Assembly (NCBI RefSeq): GCF_009914755.1
Contig: NC_060948.1
Reading direction: 5' to 3' (one strand)
Length of the DNA: 64,000 nucleotides
From: the human T2T-CHM13v2.0 reference genome, Homo sapiens
Shown here: positions 15,501 through 30,500 of the stretch, piece by piece
Position numbering within the stretch: position 1 is the first letter of the stretch
How the letters are laid out: the number at the start of each line of letters is the position of its first letter
Notes under the pieces: generated by a model
Seen by the model: only the letters and a program-made list of their open reading frames with translations
Told to the model about the DNA's origin: nothing
Databases searched by the model: none
Program-made: the position numbers and the translations under genes

Positions 15501-18500
15501 TGGAATGGACAGCCACGGAATGGAATGCACTCGAATGCAATGGAGTCGAAACTAATGGACTGGAATAGAATGGACTCGACTGGTACGGACTCCAATGGAA
15601 TGGAATCGAATGGAAGGGAATCGAACGGAATGGACTCGAAGGGAAAAGACTGCAATGGAAAGGTCTCGAATGGAATGGAAATTAATGGAATGGAATGGAA
15701 TCGAATGAAATGGAGTCAAAAGGAATGGAATCGAATGGCAACAAATCGAATGTAATGGAATCGCAAGGAATTGACGTGAAAGGAACGGAATGGAATGGAA
15801 TCCAAAGGAATGGAATAGAATGGAATGGAATCGAATGGAAAGGACTCGAATGGAAATCACTCGAATAGAATGCAATTTAATAAAATAGGATCAAATGTAA
15901 TGGAATGGAATGGAAAGGAATCGAAACGAAAGGAATGGAGACAGATGGAATGGAATGGAACAGAGAGCAATGGTATAGAATGGAATGGAATCATCTGGAA
16001 TGGAATTGAATGGAATGGAATAATATGAAATGGAATGGAATGGAATGGAATGGAATGCCCTTGAATTAAATGGACTGGAATGGAATGGACTCGAACAGAG
16101 TGGAATGGAAAGTGTTGAGATAGAATGGAATGGACTCCTTTGGAATGGTGTAGTATGCAATGCAATCGACTGGCAGGGAATCAAAAGGAATGTAATGGAA
16201 TGGACTGGACTGGAATGCAATGGACTCGAATAGATTGGAAACGGAATGCAAAGAAATGGAATGGAATAGTATGGAATGGAATGGAAAGGAATGGAGTGGA
16301 ATAGACTAGAGTGGAATGGAATGGACTGGAAAGCAATGGACTGGAATGGAACTTTCTTGAATGGACTGGAATCAAACGGAATGGAATGCAATGCAATCAA
16401 ATGGCATGGAATAAAATAGAATGAAAGAGAATCAAATGGAATTGAATCGAATGGAATCGAATGGATTGGAAAGGAATAGAATGGAATGGAATGGAATGGA
16501 CTCAAATGGAATGGACTAGAATGGAATGGATTCGAATGGAAGGCAAAGGAATGGAATCTACTGGAATGGACTGTAATGGAATGGAATGGAAGGGATTGGA
16601 ATGGACTCGAATGGAATGGACTGCAATAGAAAGGATTCGAATGGAATGAAAAAGAATTGAATGGAATAGAACAGAATGGAATCAAATCGAATGAAATGGA
16701 ATGGAATAGAAAGGAATGGAATGAAATGGAATGGAAAGGATTCGAATGGAATGCAATCGAATGGAATGGAATCGAACGGAATGGAATAAAATGGAAGAAA
16801 ACTGGCAAGAAATGGAATCGAAATGAATGGAGTGTTATGGAACGGACTCAAAAGGAATTGAATGTAATAGAATGGAGTGGAGTGGACTCGAATATAATGG
16901 ACTGGAATGGAATGAAATCACATGGAATGGGAACGAATGGAATGGAATGGAAAGGAATGGAATCGAATGGAAAGGAATCGAATGGAAGGGAATGAAATTG
17001 AATCAACAGGAATGGAAGGGAATAGAATAGACGGTAATGGAATGGACTCGAATAGAATGGACACGAATGCTCAAATTAAATGGACTCGAATGGAATGGAA
17101 ACGAAAGGAATGTCATCGAATGGAATTGAATCGATTGGAATGAAATCGCATAGAATGGAGTGGAATCAAATGGAATTGAATCGAAAGGAAAGGAAGCGAA
17201 TAGACTGAAATGAAATGGAATGGAATTGAATGGAAAGTAATGCAATGGAATAGAATGGAACGAAATTTCACGGAATGGAATCAAACTGAATGGAATCAAA
17301 TCAATGGAATCAAATCAAATGGAATGGAAAGGAATTGAATGGAGTAGATTGGATTGGATGGGATTGGAATGAAATGTACTGGAAAGGACTCGAATTTCAT
17401 GAAACGGAATGGAATGAATTGGAACGGAATGGACTCGAATGGAATGGAATGTCATGGAATGGCATCAAATGGAATGGAATCGAATGCAATGGAATGCTAT
17501 GGAATGGAATGGAATGCATTGGAATGGAATGTCCTCTAATGAAATGGATTCGAGTGGAATGGAATCGAATATAATGGAGTCGAATGAAATGGAATTGAAA
17601 GGAATGGGATCGAATAGAATGGAATATACTGGAATGTAATGTAATGAACTCGAATGTAATTGACTGGAATGGAATGTACATGAATGGAATGTAATCGAAT
17701 GGAAAGTAATCCAATGGAATAGAATCTAATGCAATAAAACCGACTCAGATAGAGTAGAATGTAATGGAATGGAGTGCAGTGCAATGGAAGGGAATGGAAT
17801 TGAATGCAATGGAATGGAATGGAATGGAATGGAATGGAATGGAATGGAATGGGATGGAATGGTATGGAATGGATAGTAATGGACTGGAGTGAAATGGACT
17901 GGAAAGGAATGGACTCAAATTGAAAGGGCTCGAAAGGAATGGAGTCAAATGGAATGGTCTGGAATGGAATGAACACGAATGTAATGCAATCCAATAGAAT
18001 GGAATCGAATGGCATGGAATATAAAGAAATGGAATCGAAGAGAATGGAAACAAATGGAATGGAATTGAATGGAATGGAATTGAATGGAATGGGAACGAAT
18101 GGAGTGAAATTGTATGCAGTAGAAGGGAATAGAATGGAATGCAAGCGAAAGGAAAGGAATGGATTGGAATGGAATGGAATTCATTGGAATGGAAGGGAAT
18201 GTAGTGTAATGGACAGGCCTGGAATAAAGTGGAATGCTACGGTCTCGAATGGAATAAAAATGTATGGAATGGAATGCAATGAAACGGAATCGAATGTCAT
18301 AGAATGTAATGGAATGCAAAAAAATGGAATCCAAAATCATTGACTGGAAAGGCTGGGTGTCGAAAGGAATTGACTCCAATGGAATGGAATCGAATGGAAT
18401 GGAAGTGAATAGAATCGAACTAAATCGAATGGAATGGAATTGATAGGAACGGAATGGAAAGGAATGCAATGATTTGGCATGGAATGGAATCGAATGGCAT

Positions 18501-21500
18501 CGAATGGAATGGAATGGAATGCAATGGAATGGAATGTATTAGAATGTAATGAACTTTAATGGAATGTACTCGAATGGATTCGACTGGAATGGAATGTTCT
18601 GGAAGTGAATGGACTCCAATGGAATGGATTCAAAAGGAATGGAATCGTACGGAATGGAATCTAATGGAATGGAATTAAATGGAAATGAATCAAATTGAAT
18701 AGCACGGAATTGAATTGAATGGAATGGAATGCAATGGAATCTAATGAAACGGAAAGGAAAGGAATGGAATGGAATGGAATGGACTGGAATGGAAAGGAAT
18801 CGAAACGAATGGAATGGAATCGAACTGAAGAGACTGGAATGGAATGCACTGGAATGGAAGGGAGTGTAATGGAAGGTTCTCGAAAAAAATGGAATCGAAT
18901 GGAATGGAATTGAATGGAACGGAATAGAGTCGAATGGAATTGAATGGAATGGAATGGACTAGAGTGAAATGGAATCGAACCACAAGGAATGGACATGAAT
19001 AGAATGGTCTCGAATTGAATGGAATCGTATGGAATGGCATCAAACGGAATGGAATGGACAGCCACGGAATGGAATGCACTCGAATGCAATGGAGTCGAAA
19101 CTAATGGACTGGAATAGAATGGACTCGACTGGTACGGACTCCAATGGAATGGAATCGAATGGAAGGGAATCGAACGGAATGGACTCGAAGGGAAAAGACT
19201 GCAATGGAAAGGTCTCGAATGGAATGGAAATTAATGGAATGGAATGGAATCGAATGAAATGTAGTCAAAAGGAATGGAATCGTATGGCAAGAAATCGAAT
19301 GTAATGGAATCACAAGGAATTGATGTGAACGGAACGGAATGGAATGGAATCCAAAGGAATGGAATAGAATGGAATGGAATCGAATGGAAAGGACTCGAAT
19401 GGAAATCACTCGAATAGAATGCAATTTAATAAAATAGGATCAAATGTAATGGAATGGAATGGAAAGGAATCGAAACGAAAGGAATGGAGACAGATGGAAT
19501 GGAATAGAACAGAGAGCAATGGTATGGAATGGAATGGAATCATCTAGAATGGAACTGAATGGAATGGAATAATATGAAATGGAATGGAATGGAATGCCCT
19601 TGAATTAAATGGACTGGAATGGAATGGACTCGAACAGAGTGGAATGGAAAGTGTTGAGATAGAATGGAATGGACTCCTTTGGAATGGTCTAGTATGCAAT
19701 GCAATCGACTGGCAGGGAATCAAAAGGAATGTAATGGAATGGACTGGACTGGAATGCAATGGACTCGAATAGATTGGAAACGGAATGCAAAGAAATGGAA
19801 TGGAATAGTATGGAATGGAATGGAAAGGAATGGAGTGGAATAGACTAGAGTGGAATGGAATGGACTGGAAAGCAATGGACTGGAATGGAACTTTCTTGAA
19901 TGGACTGGAATCAAACGGAATGGAATGCAATGCAATCAAATGGCATGGAATAAAATAGAATGAAAGAGAATCAAATGGAATTGAATCGAATGGAATCGAA
20001 TGGATTGGAAAGGAATAGAATGGAATGGAATGGAATTGACTCAAATGGAATGGACTAGAATGGAATGGATTCGAATGGAAGGCAAAGGAATGGAATCTAT
20101 TGGAATGGACTGTAATGGAATGGAATGGAAGGGATTGGAATGGACTCGAATGGAATGGACTGCAATAGAAAGGATTCGAATGGAATGAAAAAGAATTGAA
20201 TGGAATAGAACAGAATGGAATCAAATCGAATGAAATGGAATGGAATAGAAAGGAATGGAATGAAATGGAATGGAAAGGATTCGAATGGAATGCAATCGAA
20301 TGGAATGGAATCGAACGGAATGGAATAAAATGGAAGAAAACTGGCAAGAAATGGAATCGAAATGAATGGAGTGTTATGGAACGGACTCAAAAGGAATTGA
20401 ATGTAATAGAATGGAGTGGAGTGGACTCGAATATAATGGACTGGAATGGAATGAAATCACATGGAATGGGAACGAATGGAATGGAATGGAAAGGAATGGA
20501 ATCGAATGGAAAGGAATCGAATGGAAGGGAATGAAATTGAATCAACAGGAATGGAAGGGAATAGAATAGACGGTAATGGAATGGACTCGAATAGAATGGA
20601 CACGAATGCTCAAATTGAATGGACTCGAATGGAATGGAAACGAAAGGAATGTCATCGAATGGAATTGAATCGATTGGAATGAAATCGCATAGAATGGAGT
20701 GGAATCAAATGGAATTGAATCGAAAGGAAAGGAAGCGAATGGACTGAAATGAAATGGAATGGAATTGAATGGAAAGTAATGCAATGGAATAGAATGGAAC
20801 TAAATTTCACGGAATGGAATCAAACTGAATGGAATCAAATCAATGGAATCAAATCAAATGGAATGGAAAGGAATTGAATGGAGTAGATTGGATTGGATGG
20901 GATTGGAATGAAATGTACTGGAAAGGACTCGAATTTCATGAAACGGAATGGAATGAATTGGAACGGAATGGACTCGAATGGAATGGAATGTCATGGAATG
21001 GCATCAAATGGAATGGCATCAAATGGAATAGAATCGAATGCAATGGAATGCTATGGAATGGAATGGAATGCATTGGAATGGAATGTCCTCTAATGGAATG
21101 GATTCGAGTGGAATGGAATCGAATATAATGGAGTCGAATGAAATGGAATTGAAAGGAATGGGATCGAATACAATGGAATATACTGGAATGTAACGTAATG
21201 AACTCGAATGTAATTGACTGGAATGGAATGTACATGAATGGAATGTAATCGAATGGAAAGTAATCCAATGGAATAGAATCTAATGCAATAAAATCGACTC
21301 AGATAGAGTAGAATGTAATGGAATGGAGTGCAGTGCAATGGAATGGAATGGAATGGAATGCAATTGAATGGAATGGAATGGAATGGAATGGAATGGAATG
21401 GGATGGAATGGTATGGAATGGATAGTAATGGACTGGAGTGAAATGGACTGGAAAGGAATGGACTCAAATTGAAAGGGCTCAAAAGGAATGGAGTCAAATG

Positions 21501-24500
21501 GAATGGTCTGGAATGGAATGAACACGAATGTAATGCAATCCAAAAGAATGGAATCGAATGGCATGGAATATAAAGAAATGGAATCGGAGAGAATGGAAAC
21601 AAATGGAATGGAATTGAATGGAATGGAATTGAATGGAATGGGAACGAATGGAGTGAAATTGTATGCAGTAGAAGGGAATAGAATGGAATGCAAGCGAAAG
21701 GAAAGGAATGGATTGGAATGGAATGGAATTCATTGGAATGGAAGGGAATGTAGTGTAATGGACAGGCCTGGAATAAAGTGGAATGCTACGGTCTCGAATG
21801 GAATAAAAATGTATGGAATGGAATGCAATGAAATGGAATCGAATGTCATAGAATGTAATGGAATGCAACAAAATGGAATCCAAAATCATTGACTGGAAAG
21901 GCTGGGTGTCGAAAGGAATTGACTCCAATGGAATGGAATCGAATGGAATGGAAGTGAATAGAATCGAACTAAATCGAATGGAATGGAATTGATAGGAACG
22001 GAATGGAAAGGAATGCAATGATTTGGCATGGAATGGAATCGAATGGCATCGAATGGAATGGAATGGAATGCAATGGAATGGAATGTATTAGAATGTAATG
22101 AACTTTAATGGAATGTACTCGAATGGATTCGACTGGAATGGAATGTTCTGGAAGTGAATGGACTCCAATGGAATAGATTCCAAAGGAATGGAATCGTACG
22201 GAATGGAATCTAATGGAATGGAATTAAATGGAAATGAATCAAATTGAATAGCACGGAATTGAATTGAATGGAATGGAATGCAATGGAATCTAATGAAACG
22301 GAAAGGAAAGGAATGGAATGGAATGGAATGGGCTGGAATGGAAAGGAATCGAAACGAATGGAATGGAATCGAACTGAAGAGACTGGAATGGAATGCACTG
22401 GAATGGAAGGGAGTGTAATGGAAGGTTCTCGAAAAAAATGGAATCGAATGGAATGGAATTGAATGGAACGGAATAGAGTCGAATGGAATTGAATGGAATG
22501 GAATGGACTAGAGTGATATGGAATCGAACCACAAGGAATGGAGAGGAATAGAATGGTCTCGAATTGAATGGAATCGTATGGAGTGGCATCAAACGGAATG
22601 GAATGGACAGCCACGGAATGGAATGCACTCGAATGCAATGGAGTCGAAACTAATGGACTGGAATAGAATGGACTCGACTGGTACGGACTCCAATGGAATG
22701 GAATCGAATGGAAGGGAATCGAACGGAATGGACTCGAAGGGAAAAGACTGCAATGGAAAGGTCTCGAATGGAATGGAAATTAATGGAATGGAATGGAATC
22801 GAATGAAATGGAGTCAAAAGGAATGGAATCGAATGGCAACAAATCGAATGTAATGGAATCGCAAGGAATTGACGTGAAAGGAACGGAATGGAATGGAATC
22901 CAAAGGAATGGAATAGAATGGAATGGAATCGAATGGAAAGGACTCGAATGGAAATCACTCGAATAGAATGCAATTTAATAAAATAGGATCAAATGTAATG
23001 GAATGGAATGGAAAGGAATCGAAACGAAAGGAATGGAGACAGATGGAATGGAATGGAACAGAGAGCAATGGTGTAGAATGGAATGGAATCATGTGGAATG
23101 GAATTGAATGGAATGGAATAATATGAAATGGAATGGAATGGAATGGAATGGAATGCCCTTGAATTAAATGGACTGGAATGGAATGGACTCGAACAGAGTG
23201 GAATGGAAAGTGTTGAGATAGAATGGAATGGACTCCTTTGGAATGGTGTAGTATGCAATGCAATCGACTGGCAGGGAATCAAAAGGAATGTAATGGAATG
23301 GACTGGACTGGAATGCAATGGACTCGAATAGATTGGAAACGGAATGCAAAGAAATGGAATGGAATAGTATGGAATGGAATGGAAAGGAATGGAGTGGAAT
23401 AGACTAGAGTGGAATGGAATGGACTGGAAAGCAATGGACTGGAATGGAACTTTCTTGAATGGACTGGAATCAAACGGAATGGAATGCAATGCAATCAAAT
23501 GGCATGGAATAAAATAGAATGAAAGAGAATCAAATGGAATTGAATCGAATGGAATCGAATGGATTGGAAAGGAATAGAATGGAATGGAATGGAATGGACT
23601 CAAATGGAATGGACTAGAATGGAATGGATTCGAATGGAAGGCAAAGGAATGGAATCTATTGGAATGGACTGTAATGGAATGGAATGGAAGGGATTGGAAT
23701 GGACTCGAATGGAATGGACTGCAATAGAAAGGATTCGAATGGAATGAAAAAGAATTGAATGGAATAGAACAGAATGGAATCAAATCGAATGAAATGGAAT
23801 GGAATAGAAAGGAATGGAATGAAATGGAATGGAAAGGATTCGAATGGAATGCAATCGAATGGAATGGAATCGAACGGAATGGAATAAAATGGAAGAAAAC
23901 TGGCAAGAAATGGAATCGAAATGAATGGAGTGTTATGGAACGGACTCAAAAGGAATTGAATGTAATAGAATGGAGTGGAGTGGACTCGAATATAATGGAC
24001 TGGAATGGAATGAAATCACATGGAATGGGAACGAATGGAATGGAATGGAAAGGAATGGAATCGAATGGAAAGGAATCGAATGGAAGGGAATGAAATTGAA
24101 TCAACAGGAATGGAAGGGAATAGAATAGACGGTAATGGAATGGACTCGAATAGAATGGACACGAATGCTCAAATTAAATGGACTCGAATGGAATGGAAAC
24201 GAAAGGAATGTCATCGAATGGAATTGAATCGATTGGAATGAAATCGCATAGAATGGAGTGGAATCAAATGGAATTGAATCGAAAGGAAAGGAAGCGAATG
24301 GACTGAAATGAAATGGAATGGAATTGAATGGAAAGTAATGCAATGGAATAGAATGGAACGAAATTTCACGGAATGGAATCAAACTGAATGGAATCAAATC
24401 AATGGAATCAAATCAAATGGAATGGAAAGGAATTGAATGGAGTAGATTGGATTGGATGGGATTGGAATGAAATGTACTGGAAAGGACTCGAATTTCATGA

Positions 24501-27500
24501 AACGGAATGGAATGAATTGGAACGGAATGGACTCGAATGGAATGGAATGTCATGGAATGGCATCAAATGGAATGGCATCAAATGGAATGGAATCGAATGC
24601 AATGGAATGCTATGGAATGGAATGGAATGCATTGGAATGGAATGTCCTCTAATGGAATGGATTCGAGTGGAATGGAATCGAATATAATGGAGTCGAATGA
24701 AATGGAATTGAAAGGAATGGGATCGAATAGAATGGAATATACTGGAATGTAATGTAATGAACTCGAATGTAATTGACTGGAATGGAATGTACATGAATGG
24801 AATGTAATCGAATGGAAAGTAATCCAATGGAATAGAATCTAATGCAATAAAACCGACTCAGATAGAGTAGAATGTAATGGAATGGAGTGCAGTACAATGG
24901 AAGGGAATGGAATTGAATGCAATGGAATGGAATGGAATGGAATGGAATGGAATGGAATGGAATGGAATGGGATGGAATGGTATGGAATGGATAGTAATGG
25001 ACTGGAGTGAAATGGACTGGAAAGGAATGGACTCAAATTGAAAGGGCTCGAAAGGAATGGAGTCAAATGGAATGGTCTGGAATGGAATGAACACGAATGT
25101 AATGCAATCCAATAGAATGGAATCGAATGGCATGGAATATAAAGAAATGGAATCGAAGAGAATGGAAACAAATGGAATGGAATTGAATGGAATGGAATTG
25201 AATGGAATGGGAACGAATGGAGTGAAATTGTATGCAGTAGAAGGGAATAGAATGGAATGCAAGCGAAAGGAAAGGAATGGATTGGAATGGAATGGAATTC
25301 ATTGGAATGGAAGGGAATGTAGTGTAATGGACAGGCCTGGAATAAAGTGGAATGCTACGGTCTCGAATGGAATAAAAATGTATGGAATGGAATGCAATGA
25401 AACGGAATCGAATGTCATAGAATGTAATGGATTGCAAAAAAATGGAATCCAAAATCATTGACTGGAAAGGCTGGGTGTCGAAAGGAATTGACTCCAATGG
25501 AATGGAATCGAATGGAATGGAAGTGAATAGAATCGAACTAAATCGAATGGAATGGAATTGATAGGAACGGAATGGAAAGGAATGCAATGATTTGGCATGG
25601 AATGGAATCGAATGGCATCGAATGGAATGGAATGGAATGCAATGGAATGGAATGTATTAGAATGTAATGAACTTTAATGGAATGTACTCGAATGGATTCG
25701 ACTGGAATGGAATGTTCTGGAAGTGAATGGACTCCAATGGAATGGATTCAAAAGGAATGGAATCGTACGGAATGGAATCTAATGGAATGGAATTAAATGG
25801 AAATGAATCAAATTGAATAGCACGGAATTGAATTGAATGGAATGGAATGCAATGGAATCTAATGAAACGGAAAGGAAAGGAATGGAATGGAATGGAATGG
25901 GCTGGAATGGAAAGGAATCGAAAGGAATGGAATGGAATCGAACTGAAGAGACTGGAATGGAATGCACTGGAATGGAAGGGAGTGTAATGGAAGGTTCTCG
26001 AAAAAAATGGAATCGAATGGAATGGAATTGAATGGAACGGAATAGAGTCGAATGGAATTGAATGGAATGGAATGGACTAGAGTGAAATGGAATCAAACCA
26101 CAAGGAATGGAGAGGAATAGAATGGTCTCGAATTGAATGGAATCGTATGGAATGGCATCAAACGGAATGGAATGGACAGCCACGGAATGGAATGCACTCG
26201 AATGCAATGGAGTCGAAACTAATGGACTGGAATAGAATGGACTCGACTGGTACGGACTCCAATGGAATGGAATCGAATGGAAGGGAATCGAACGGAATGG
26301 ACTCGAAGGGAAAAGACTGCAATGGAAAGGTCTCGAATGGAATGGAAATTAATGGAATGGAATGGAATCGAATGAAATGGAGTCAAAAGGAATGGAATCG
26401 AATGGCAAGAAATCGAATGTAATGGAATCGCAAGGAATTGATGTGAACGGAACGGAATGGAATGGAATCCAAAGGAATGGAATAGAATGGAATGGAATCG
26501 AATGGAAAGGACTCGAATGGAAATCACTCGAATAGAATGCAATTTAATAAAATAGGATCAAATGTAATGGAATGGAATGGAAAGGAATCGAAACGAAAGG
26601 AATGGAGACAGATGGAATGGAATAGAACAGAGAGCAATGGTATGGAATGGAATGGAATCATCTGGAATGGAATTGAATGGAATGGAATAATATGAAATGG
26701 AATGGAATGGAATGGAATGGAATGGAATGCCCTTGAATTAAATGGACTGGAATGGAATGGACTCGAACAGAGTGGAATGGAAAGTGTTGAGATAGAATGG
26801 AATGGACTCCTTTGGAATGGTGTAGTATGCAATGCAATCGACTGGCAGGGAATCAAAAGGAATGTAATGGAATGGACTGGACTGGAATGCAATGGACTCG
26901 AATAGATTGGAAACGGAATGCAAAGAAATGGAATGGAATAGTATGGAATGGAATGGAAAGGAATGGAGTGGAATAGACTAGAGTGGAATGGAATGGACTG
27001 GAAAGCAATAGACTGGAATGGAACTTTCTTGAATGGACTGGAATCAAACGGAATGGAATGCAATGCAATCAAATGGCATGGAATAAAATAGAATGAAAGA
27101 GAATCAAATGGAATTGAATCGAATGGAATCGAATGGATTGGAAAGGAATAGAATGGAATGGAATGGAATTGACTCAAATGGAATGGACTAGAATGGAATG
27201 GATTCGAATGGAAGGCAAAGGAATGGAATCTATTGGAATGGACTGTAATGGAATGGAATGGAAGGGATTGGAATGGACTCGAATGGAATGGACTGCAATA
27301 GAAAGGATTCGAATGGAATGAAAAAGAATTGAATGGAATAGAACAGAATGGAATCAAATCGAATGAAATGGAATGGAATAGAAAGGAATGGAATGAAATG
27401 GAATGGAAAGGATTCGAATGGAATGCAATCGAATGGAATGGAATCGAACGGAATGGAATAAAATGGAAGAAAACTGGCAAGAAATGGAATCGAAATGAAT

Positions 27501-30500
27501 GGAGTGTTATGGAACGGACTCAAAAGGAATTGAATGTAATAGAATGGAGTGGAGTGGACTCGAATATAATGGACTGGAATGGAATGAAATCACATGGAAT
27601 GGGAACGAATGGAATGGAATGGAAAGGAATGGAATCGAATGGAAAGGAATCGAATGGAAGGGAATGAAATTGAATCAACAGGAATGGAAGGGAATAGAAT
27701 AGACGGTAATGGAATGGACTCGAATAGAATGGACACGAATGCTCAAATTGAATGGACTCGAATGGAATGGAAACGAAAGGAATGTCATCGAATGGAATTG
27801 AATCGATTGGAATGAAATCGCATAGAATGGAGTGGAATCAAATGGAATTGAATCGAAAGGAAAGGAAGCGAATGGACTGAAATGAAATGGAATGGAATTG
27901 AATGGAAAGTAATGCAATGGAATAGAATGGAACGAAATTTCACGGAATGGAATCAAACTGAATGGAATCAAATCAATGGAATCAAATCAAATGGAATGGA
28001 AAGGAATTGAATGGAGTAGATTGGATTGGATGGGATTGGAATGAAATGTACTGGAAAGGACTCGAATTTCATGAAACGGAATGGAATGAATTGGAACGGA
28101 ATGGACTCGAATGGAATGGAATGTCATGGAATGGCATCAAATGGAATGGCATCAAATGGAATGGAATCGAATGCAATGGAATGCTATGGAATGGAATGGA
28201 ATGCATTGGAATGGAATGTCCTCTAATGGAATGGATTCGAGTGGAATGGAATCGAATATAATGGAGTCGAATGAAATGGAATTGAAAGGAATGGGATCGA
28301 ATACAATGGAATATACTGGAATGTAATGTAATGAACTCGAATGTAATTGACTGGAATGGAATGTACATGAATGGAATGTAATCGAATGGAAAGTAATCCA
28401 ATGGAATAGAATCTAATGCAATAAAATCGACTCAGATAGAGTAGAATGTAATGGAATGGAGTGCAGTGCAATGGAATGGAATGGAATGGAATGCAATGGA
28501 ATGGAATAGAATGGAATGGAATGGAATGGAATGGAATGGGATGGAATGGTATGGAATGGATAGTAATGGACTGGAGTGAAATGGACTGGAAAGGAATGGA
28601 CTCAAATTGAAAGGGCTCGAAAGGAATGGAGTCAAATGGAATGGTCTGGAATGGAATGAACACGAATGTAATGCAATCCAATAGAATGGAATCGAATGGC
28701 ATGGAATATAAAGAAATGGAATCGGAGAGAATGGAAACAAATGGAATGGAATTGAATGGAATGGAATTGAATGGAATGGGAACGAATGGAGTGAAATTGT
28801 ATGCAGTAGAAGGGAATAGAATGGAATGCAAGCGAAAGGAAAGGAATGGATTGGAATGGAATGGAATTCATTGGAATGGAAGGGAATGTAGTGTAATGGA
28901 CAGGCCTGGAATAAAGTGGAATGCTACGGTCTCGAATGGAATAAAAATGTATGGAATGGAATGCAATGAAATGGAATCGAATGTCATACAATGAAATGGA
29001 ATGCAACAAAATGGAATCCAAAATCATTGACTGGAAAGGCTGGGTGTCGAAAGGAATTGACTCCAATGGAATGGAATCGAATGGAATGGAAGTGAATAGA
29101 ATCGAACTAAATCGAATGGAATGGAATTGATAGGAACGGAATGGAAAGGAATGCAATGATTTGGCATGGAATGGAATCGAATGGCATCGAATGGAATGGA
29201 ATGGAATGCAATGGAATGGAATGTATTAGAATGTAATGAACTTTAATGGAATGTACTCGAATGGATTCGACTGGAATGGAATGTTCTGGAAGTGAATGGA
29301 CTCCAATGGAATGGATTCCAAAGGAATGGAATCGTACGGAATGGAATCTAATGGAATGGAATTAAATGGAAATGAATCAAATTGAATAGCACGGAATTGA
29401 ATTGAATGGAATGGAATGCAATGGAATCTAATGAAACGGAAAGGAAAGGAATGGAATGGAATGGAATGGGCTGGAATGGAAAGGAATCGAAACGAATGGA
29501 ATGGAATCGAACTGAAGAGACTGGAATGGAATGCACTGGAATGGAAGGGAGTGTAATGGAAGGTTCTCGAAAAAAATGGAATCGAATGGAATGGAATTGA
29601 ATGGAACGGAATAGAGTCGAATGGAATTGAATGGAATGGAATGGACTAGAGTGAAATGGAATCGAACCACAAGGAATGGACAGGAATAGAATGGTCTCGA
29701 ATTGAATGGAATCGTATGGAATGGCATCAAACGGAATGGAATGGACAGCCACGGAATGGAATGCACTCGAATGCAATGGAGTCGAAACTAATGGACTGGA
29801 ATAGAATGGACTCGACTGGTACGGACTCCAATGGAATGGAATCGAATGGAAGGGAATCGAACGGAATGGACTCGAAGGGAAAAGACTGCAATGGAAAGGT
29901 CTCGAATGGAATGGAAATTAATGGAATGGAATGGAATCGAATGAAATGGAGTCAAAAGGAATGGAATCGAATGGCAAGAAATCGAATGTAATGGAATCGC
30001 AAGGAATTGATGTGAACGGAACGGAATGGAATGGAATCCAAAGGAATGGAATAGAATGGAATGGAATCGAATGGAAAGGACTCGAATGGAAATCACTCGA
30101 ATAGAATGCAATTTAATAAAATAGGATCAAATGTAATGGAATGGAATGGAAAGGAATCGAAACGAAAGGAATGGAGACAGATGGAATGGAATGGAACAGA
30201 GAGCAATGGTATAGAATGGAATGGAATCATCTGGAATGGAATTGAATGGAATGGAATAATATGAAATGGAATGGAATGGAATGGAATGGAATGGAATGCC
30301 CTTGAATTAAATGGACTGGAATGGAATGGACTCGAACAGAGTGGAATGGAAAGTGTTGAGATAGAATGGAATGGACTCCTTTGGAATGGTGTAGTATGCA
30401 ATGCAATCGACTGGCAGGGAATCAAAAGGAATGTAATGGAATGGACTGGACTGGAATGCAATGGACTCGAATAGATTGGAAACGGAATGCAAAGAAATGG

